Shown here: in pieces, positions 25,441 to 32,000 of the stretch
How positions within the stretch are numbered: position 1 is the stretch's first letter
Layout of the letters: the number at the start of each line of letters is the position of its first letter
Assembly: GCF_000014265.1 (NCBI RefSeq)
Contig: NC_008312.1
Span: 1 to 32,000, forward strand
Direction: 5' to 3'
Source of the DNA: Trichodesmium erythraeum IMS101
GTDB taxonomy: Bacteria > Cyanobacteriota > Cyanobacteriia > Cyanobacteriales > Microcoleaceae
DNA: 32,000 bases
The notes under the pieces: model-generated
Databases searched by the model: none
Told to the model about the DNA's origin: nothing
Seen by the model: only the letters and a program-made list of their open reading frames with translations
Program-made: the position numbers and the translations under genes

Positions 25441-27636
25441 TTAGCTCATCCATTCCAGAATAGCTTCTTCTTTTTTATTGGTATGACGCTCTGGAGTTTC
25501 ACGAGTGAACTGCATATGAATAGAGCGGTTTTGTTCACCATCAACTGCTACTGCCATAATTGGGTAATCAATCAAACCATCAGGGAAAGCCATCTGGAAG
25601 CGGAATGTACCATCAGGGTTCAGTTTAATGGGTCGTCCACCGATGGTAACAGTAGCATCAGGTTCAGTTGCACCGTGGATAATAAGTTCAGCATCAGCAA
25701 CTAACCAGAACTTGCGGGGGCGAATTGGTGGGATGGAGCCAGCAATACCTGACATATTCATACCCATACCCGAAGCAGTTAAACCTACTCCTGACATATT
25801 CATACCCATACCCGAAGCAGTTAAACCTACTCCTGACATATTCATACCCATACCCGAAGCAGTTAAACCTACTCCTGACATATTCATACCCATACCCGAA
25901 GCAGTTAAACCTACTCCTGACATATTCATACCCATACCCGAAGCAGTTAAACCTACTCCTGACATATTCATACCCATACCCGAAGCAGTTAAACCTACTC
26001 CTGACATATTCATACCCATACCCGAAGCAGTTAAACCTACTCCTGACATATTCATACCCATACCCGAAGCAGTTAAACCTACTCCTGACATATTCATACC
26101 CATACCCGAAGCAGTTAAACCTACTCCTGACATATTCATACCCATACCCGAAGCAGTTAAACCTACTCCTGACATATTCATACCCATACCCGAAGCAGTT
26201 AAACCTACTCCTGACATATTCATACCTACACCCGAAGCAGTTAAACCTACTCCTGACATATTCATACCCATACCCGAAGCAGTTAAACCTACTCCTGACA
26301 TATTCATACCCATACCCGAAGCAGTTAAACCTACTCCTGAAGCATTTAAGCCTACACCCGAAGCAGTTAAACCTACTCCTGAAGCATTTAAGCCTACACC
26401 CGAAGCAGTTAAACCTACTCCTGAAGCATTTAAGCCTACACCCGAAGCAGTTAAACCTACTCCTGAAGCATTTAAGCCTACACCCGAAGCAGTTAAACCT
26501 ACTCCTGAAGCATTTAAGCCTACACCCGAAGCAGTTAAACCTACTCCTGAAGCATTTAAGCCTACACCCGAAGCAGTTAAACCTACTCCTGAAGCATTTA
26601 AGCCTACACCCGAAGCAGTTAAACCTACACCCGAAGCAGTTAAACCTACTCCTGAAGCAGTTAAACCTACTCCTGAAGCATTTAAGCCTACTCCTGACAT
26701 AGTTTGACCAACCCCTGACATCATTTGATTGCCACAAGAAACATTGCTACCAGATGCCCACATCCCTAGACCTGATACCATAGCATAAGAGCTTAGTGTT
26801 TCTTCAATCATCTGGCCTGAACCTGGAACCATTTGAACAGAACCAAACATAGAACCAGAAACCCGTTTATCCTCAGCCTCAGCTATGCCAAACATTCCTT
26901 GATAAATATCATCATGATTATCATGAAAAGTAATTTGACGACTAGCAGGAAAAAGTTCCATAAAGGTTTTTCCACGCAAATCTTCATCCCAACTAACTGT
27001 GATGAATTGCTCGTCAATCCAATCTGAAGGATAAACTGGGGGAATATTTACTTCCTCAGAACGAGACAAAACTAACCAACGACCATCAGCACACCGATAA
27101 CCTATTTCCACAGTATAGTTGCGATCGCTTACCGGAATAGGTATGTACCATTCACGAGCTAATTCATCACAAGGATATTCCTGAATGCTATGAGGACTTT
27201 GAGAGTCTAAGTTAATATCCGTGACATCATATGTACGGAGAGCTAACTGTTGCCCTCCTTGACTACGTAGCTCTTCTTTAAGTTCATTCGAAATATCCCA
27301 GTAAGCGTATGCCCACTCTGGGTCCCTTGGCATTAGTACTATTTTACTTTTAGCATACCCGTTAGGCAAGTCAGTTAAACCTTCATCAACTGATGAAAAA
27401 AAATCATCAATATTATTTTCTTCGCCTGATTCAAACTTTTTTGCTTCCGCTCTTTCTTGTACTTCTAATTTTGAAAGTGGAGCGGATGAAAGATTATTCA
27501 TACCTTGAGCCTCTATAACTGCTGCCAAAAGTTGTGCTTTACGCATTCTGCTGTAACGAGAGATACCTAGCTCACTAGCAACTTTGCGTAGTTGCCTTAA
27601 AGTCATCTCTTCTAAGGGTGGACGTTCTTGAACCAT
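25441..27636 (-). CDS. Rho_N-domain + DUF4912-like protein with a long internal Ser/Gly heptad-repeat region
   Basis: 731 aa. N-terminal Rho_N/SAP-like helix-hairpin (LEEMTLRQLRKVASELGISRYSRMRKAQLLAAVIEAQ), then a DUF4912-like block (IVLMPRDPEWAYAYWDIS...REWYIPIPVSDRNYTVEIGYR). A central low-complexity array is followed by a conserved C-terminal beta-rich segment. Family names are from memory. Confidence 0.85.
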   Translation of the reverse strand: MVQERPPLEEMTLRQLRKVASELGISRYSRMRKAQLLAAVIEAQGMNNLSSAPLSKLEVQERAEAKKFESGEENNIDDFFSSVDEGLTDLPNGYAKSKIVLMPRDPEWAYAYWDISNELKEELRSQGGQQLALRTYDVTDINLDSQSPHSIQEYPCDELAREWYIPIPVSDRNYTVEIGYRCADGRWLVLSRSEEVNIPPVYPSDWIDEQFITVSWDEDLRGKTFMELFPASRQITFHDNHDDIYQGMFGIAEAEDKRVSGSMFGSVQMVPGSGQMIEETLSSYAMVSGLGMWASGSNVSCGNQMMSGVGQTMSGVGLNASGVGLTASGVGLTASGVGLTASGVGLNASGVGLTASGVGLNASGVGLTASGVGLNASGVGLTASGVGLNASGVGLTASGVGLNASGVGLTASGVGLNASGVGLTASGVGLNASGVGLTASGMGMNMSGVGLTASGMGMNMSGVGLTASGVGMNMSGVGLTASGMGMNMSGVGLTASGMGMNMSGVGLTASGMGMNMSGVGLTASGMGMNMSGVGLTASGMGMNMSGVGLTASGMGMNMSGVGLTASGMGMNMSGVGLTASGMGMNMSGVGLTASGMGMNMSGVGLTASGMGMNMSGVGLTASGMGMNMSGIAGSIPPIRPRKFWLVADAELIIHGATEPDATVTIGGRPIKLNPDGTFRFQMAFPDGLIDYPIMAVAVDGEQNRSIHMQFTRETPERHTNKKEEAILEWMS
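25748..26697 (-). repeat. In-frame tandem repeat array, 21-bp base unit organised as two 42-bp families
   Basis: - Family 1: CCTGACATATTCATACCCATACCCGAAGCAGTTAAACCTACT, 14 copies at 25748-26335 (coding NMSGVGLTASGMGM). Thirteen are identical and one is a variant, at about 26210-26251.
- Family 2: CCTGAAGCATTTAAGCCTACACCCGAAGCAGTTAAACCTACT, 7 copies at 26336-26629 (coding SGVGLTASGVGLNA).
- 21-bp half-units then continue to about 26697. Confidence 0.95.
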
Positions 27637-28953
27637 TGTGTATATTCTTATATTTTTTCTTTCACTGTTTTATATTCTATTTCCCAAAACCTAGCAAGTT
27701 ATTACAAATAATTCCTTATTTCTTTTGATAACTAATTAAGTGTCACTTAAACCAATTAATGATTTAGGTGAATCCATTAGAACTCTTAGGAGTTTCTAGA
27801 CATTTGGGATCGCCTTATAAGTTTATATCTTGCAGAAAATCTTAGGTTTGGTGAAGGGTCGTCACTCAAAAATTATGAGCATATATTTGAATTCATAGGC
27901 AATTTTAGACTTATAATATTATTTTCCCTTAACTTAACTTAATTTTATGATAAATTCAAGCAAATTGGTTAATAAAATTGCTTTATAGTTTTATTCAAAG
28001 TTACTAATACCAACTCTGATAAATGTTTGCTATGAACGTCTAGTAGTCTATCAAGATTGATTTTATGCCCCTTGTTTATTTTTACCTTTTGTTTTCTCAA
28101 TTTAGTTTTAACTCATAAGCATGAAAATTGACAAACCATTTAGGAGCTTCTTGACCTAACTCAGAAGTTAAGATAGAAATATTCTCAATCTCTATCTATA
28201 GTTAATAATTTATCTTGTTAGTCAAAGAGGTATCTTATATAAATTATTGTTATAGCCAAAACTAATTCCAAAATATTCTTCTTTTACCCTTGGTATAATA
28301 GATATATCCCCAACAATCTTAACCATTTACTATAACTATACTTTAGCACTTTTTATGTCGTGTACAAAAATGCTATTGTCTTCTTTATCATTATTTTCTA
28401 CTAGTATTAATAATTCTATTCTTGAGCAGAAAAAAAACTTCTGGTTCAAATTACCTTTTTATAAATTTTATTCTTTCAATCTTTTTCTCAATCTTTTCCC
28501 TTGCTTTTGAGATTAATTTTACTTTATTTATTATCTACTTTTTCCACTTATTTAACTACACTTTGTTTCCCTTAAAGATGCATAATTTTAGATTCAAGAG
28601 TAAATTAAAATTTCTATTTTATCAGATTATGAACTAAACAAAGCAGTTAGAGAAAACTTAAAAAAAATTTATACATTACTTGAGAATCAAGTTACATTCA
28701 TTATAAATCTTATACAAAGCAACTACAAATAAATTCATGCTTTAGTGTCAAGACGAAACTACAATTAAATTAAAATTATCACTGGTAAAATTATGACTGC
28801 TTGTGGAGTTAAAACCAATCAATAGTCGGAAGATGGTAATCAAACATATGATTACTATTCAGAAATGGTATTAGCACTACTTATCTTAAGTCTTAGTATC
28901 TTTTGTCCCTTATTCTGAGAAAATTAAATACATAACACCATATAAAAAATACT

Positions 28954-30639
28954 ATGCCAGAGAATTTGAGAAGTCAATTAGTCACCAAAGGAGTACAACG
29001 CGCTCCCAACCGAGCTATGCTGAGAGCTGTGGGTTTTGAAGATTCAGACTTTACCAAACCAATTATTGGGGTTGCCAATGCCCATAGCACTATTACTCCC
29101 TGCAACATGGGTATTAATGATTTGGCCATGAGAGCTGTAAGTGGAGTGAAAGAAGCTGGAGGAATGCCGCAGATATTTGGAACTATTACTATTAGCGATG
29201 GAATTTCTATGGGTACTGAGGGGATGAAATATTCTCTGGTTTCTAGAGACGTTATTGCTGATTCCATCGAAACAGTTTGTAATGGCCAAACAATGGATGG
29301 AGTTCTAGCTATTGGTGGATGCGATAAAAATATGCCAGGAGCAATGATAGCGATCGCTAGGATGAATATTCCTGCTATCTTCGTATACGGTGGTACTATT
29401 AAACCAGGCAACTACAACGGTAAAGACCTAACAGTTGTAAGTGCTTTTGAAGCAGTGGGAGAATATAGTGCTGGAAAAATTGACGAAACAGAATTAACAG
29501 AAGTTGAACGTAGAGCTTGCCCTGGTGCTGGTTCCTGTGGAGGAATGTTTACTGCCAATACTATGTCTTCAGCTTTTGAAGCAATGGGTATGAGTCTCAT
29601 GTATTCATCAACAATGGCTGCAGAAGATGCAGAAAAAGCAGATAGCACAGAAAAATCAGCTCATGTTTTAGTAGAAGCTATTCGCAAACAAATTTTACCT
29701 AGTCAAATTATTACCCGTAAAGCTATCGAAAATGCAATTTCAGTAATTATGGCTGTAGGGGGTTCCACTAATGCAGTACTACACCTATTAGCAATTGCTT
29801 ATGCTGCAAATGTGAAGTTATCTTTAGATGATTTTGAAATAATTAGGGCCAGAGTACCTGTATTATGTGATTTGAAACCTAGTGGTAAATACGTTACAAC
29901 AAATTTGCATCAAGCGGGTGGAATTCCTTTAGTAATGAAAATGCTTTTAGAACATGATTTACTCCACCCAGATGCTTTAACCATAACAGGTAAGACTATT
30001 GGAGAGCAATTAACAAATATACCTTCTGAACCACCTTCTAATCAAGACGTGATTCGCCCTTGGAATAATCCTATGTATGCTCAAGGACACTTGGCTATTT
30101 TAAAAGGAAATTTGGCGACAGAGGGAGCAGTTGCTAAAATTACAGGAGTGAAGAACCCAGAAATAACAGGACTAGCAAGAGTATTTGATTCGGAAGAAGC
30201 TTGTTTAGAAGCAATATTAGCAGGGAAAATTCAAGCAGGGAATATTATTGTAGTTCGCTATGAAGGTCCAAAAGGTGGACCAGGTATGCGAGAAATGTTA
30301 GCACCAACTTCGGCTATTATTGGTGCTGGTTTGGGGGATAAAGTGGGATTAATTACTGATGGTAGGTTTTCTGGTGGTACTTATGGTATGGTGGTTGGTC
30401 ATGTAGCTCCAGAAGCTGCAGTAGGTGGCACGATCGCTCTAGTTAAGGAAGGAGATATGATTACTATTGATGCTCATAAGCGTTTACTACAGTTAAATAT
30501 TTCTGATGAGGAATTAGAAAAGCGTCGTCAAGTATGGAAACCACGAAAACCCCAATATACTAGAGGTGTATTAGCTAAATATGCTAAGTTAGTTTCTTCT
30601 AGCAGTGTTGGAGCAGTAACTGACGCTGGATTAGGTTGA
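28954..30639 (+). CDS. ilvD: Dihydroxy-acid dehydratase
   Basis: 561 aa. Hallmark motifs [43 protein letters not shown]. Confidence 0.97.
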   Translation: MPENLRSQLVTKGVQRAPNRAMLRAVGFEDSDFTKPIIGVANAHSTITPCNMGINDLAMRAVSGVKEAGGMPQIFGTITISDGISMGTEGMKYSLVSRDVIADSIETVCNGQTMDGVLAIGGCDKNMPGAMIAIARMNIPAIFVYGGTIKPGNYNGKDLTVVSAFEAVGEYSAGKIDETELTEVERRACPGAGSCGGMFTANTMSSAFEAMGMSLMYSSTMAAEDAEKADSTEKSAHVLVEAIRKQILPSQIITRKAIENAISVIMAVGGSTNAVLHLLAIAYAANVKLSLDDFEIIRARVPVLCDLKPSGKYVTTNLHQAGGIPLVMKMLLEHDLLHPDALTITGKTIGEQLTNIPSEPPSNQDVIRPWNNPMYAQGHLAILKGNLATEGAVAKITGVKNPEITGLARVFDSEEACLEAILAGKIQAGNIIVVRYEGPKGGPGMREMLAPTSAIIGAGLGDKVGLITDGRFSGGTYGMVVGHVAPEAAVGGTIALVKEGDMITIDAHKRLLQLNISDEELEKRRQVWKPRKPQYTRGVLAKYAKLVSSSSVGAVTDAGLG

Positions 30640-30644
30640 AATTT

Positions 30645-30665
30645 AGTTAATAATTATTAACTTTT
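30645..30665 (+). terminator. AT-only palindrome + T-run just after the ilvD stop
   Basis: AGTTAATAATTATTAACT is a perfect 18-nt palindrome followed by TTT. It begins 6 nt after the ilvD stop codon. The stem is weak because it is all A-T apart from one G-C pair. Confidence 0.3.
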
Positions 30666-31433
30666 GGTTTGATCGTAATACCATATAGTTAAATACCATA
30701 GAATCCATTTTGTATCTTTATTTAAGCGAAAATTAGCTTTTGAAGTGGCTAGTATATTTAATAATTTTGGATGCTTATAATATCCAATTTTGAACTATTA
30801 ATGTCAAAAATAACTAAACTAAAAAACTTGAAAAGCTTATAACTAGACAAGGAGATATCAAATGGATTCTATACAGTTGAGATAGTTAGATAATGAGATA
30901 ATTAACTAAAAAAAAAAGGAAAAACTATGGTTACTTAATTAATTTTCTTCTTAAGAAACCGTATATAATCAGTGAATCTAGGCAACCCTTCTATAATCAG
31001 GTTCTAATTTTAGGGTTGGTTACCTCTAAACAATATAAATACCATTTTTACTAGTCAATGTTTAGAGTATTACTGAAAATGCAAATGTGGAACTTAATAG
31101 TACAAAATTTATAAGTTAACCCCGAAAATTAATTTTGCAATTAACAATACACTAATTATTTTATCTATATAATTTTAAGTAGGAAATAGAGTTCTTACAA
31201 ATCATATTTTTATTGCACAATTTTTGATTGATATAGATTGAAAAAAGATACTAACAAAATACGACTTTCAGTGGAAATTTTGTCTCAGCTTAAGAAGTTC
31301 CTGTACTAAAAAATTGCTTTGTTGTAAAGTTTAATAGCGAGAATAATAAGACTTGGGAAAATAACAAATTTGATAATTAATCAACCAGCACTAAGTAAAT
31401 CGGGTAAAATATATAATTGGATATATAGCAATC

Positions 31434-32000
31434 CTAAGTAGGTTGCGGCAAAATTTCATACTGAAAAAGTTTTGGGAAATTGAATATTTGACCATCCGCA
31501 AAAAACTTAAATAGCCACTTAACTACTTTAAAAGAACTGCAAAGATGATAAAAAGTAATACTGAAATTTTTGGTTTGTAACCAAATATCTTCAACAGGAT
31601 TTTGCTCCGGAGCATTGGGAGCAAATCTTGTACAATTTATCAACAATTCTTCTTCTGATAAGTATTGATTAATTGTCATTAAATATTCTCGAAATTCTTG
31701 AGAGTTATGGTAAGTTGCCCCATCCCAAAATATTGCCAATTTGTTGCCCGGTCTTTGCTTCTGCAAATATTTAATAAATTCAATAGTATTTTTAGTATTT
31801 CCACTCTCATATTCTTGCACAAGAAATTCCTTGGTTTTATAGTCTAAAGCTCCATAATAAGTCTGTCTTTCTTTTTCATTTTTAATTGCAATTTCTATTC
31901 TTTCATCTGTTTTTCCCCAAGCATAACCTAATATGTCTCCCCATAGAAGATGACATTCATCAATCATAAACACTGTAAGCTTTCCAGTTTCTATTTCTGG
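31434..32000 (-). CDS. IS630-family DDE transposase, N-terminus beyond the window edge
   Basis: The open frame on the minus strand continues to the window end. DDE motifs are MIDECHL, IFWDGATYH and APNAPEQNPVEDIW. Confidence 0.8.
   Translation of the reverse strand, partial: PEIETGKLTVFMIDECHLLWGDILGYAWGKTDERIEIAIKNEKERQTYYGALDYKTKEFLVQEYESGNTKNTIEFIKYLQKQRPGNKLAIFWDGATYHNSQEFREYLMTINQYLSEEELLINCTRFAPNAPEQNPVEDIWLQTKNFSITFYHLCSSFKVVKWLFKFFADGQIFNFPKLFQYEILPQPT

Noticed and set aside
25628-26737. Track ORFs 25628..26707(+), 25725..26702(+) and 25694..26737(-), each 325-359 aa
   Set aside because: These are alternative frames of the 21/42-bp tandem repeat, open only because the repeat unit lacks stops. 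The minus-strand frame continuous with the conserved Rho_N and DUF4912-like domains (25441..27636) is the real one.
28974-29648. Minus-strand ORFs 28974..29411, 29044..29289 and 29412..29648
   Set aside because: They are antisense to the strongly supported ilvD CDS. Their composition-driven open frames have no recognisable motifs.

Overview
This looks like the chromosomal origin region of an AT-rich cyanobacterium that carries HIP1 (GCGATCGC). The gene content and the intron-riddled dnaN match what I recall for Trichodesmium erythraeum, but I cannot confirm identity without a database search.

Gene order along the window:
- dnaA (27-1397).
- A decayed IS630-type transposase.
- About 2 kb of AT-rich spacer ending in a phased cluster of seven TTTTCCACA-type DnaA boxes (candidate oriC, 3824-4316).
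- dnaN (4461-10973), split into five exons by four paralogous, ORF-degenerate group II introns.
- An IS630 element with a split transposase.
- A two-gene module of giant ORFs: 1005 aa with no domain I recognise, and 1248 aa with an SF2-helicase-like motif set. Their 1.2 kb spacer is built from decayed duplicates of their own junction (gene-1 end, gene-2 start).
- An ArsA/GET3-type ATPase.
- A DUF2358-like protein.
- A stop-interrupted STAND/pentapeptide remnant.
- A Rho_N + DUF4912-type protein with about 45 near-identical 21-bp (heptad) repeats.
- ilvD.
- Another IS630 transposase, cut by the window edge.

The best candidate for an undescribed system is the 12.9-20.9 kb helicase module together with its self-derived repeat spacer.

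Many track ORFs are artefacts: antisense to real genes, inside introns, or alternative frames of the tandem repeat. All domain calls rest on motifs read by eye, with no HMM or BLAST run.
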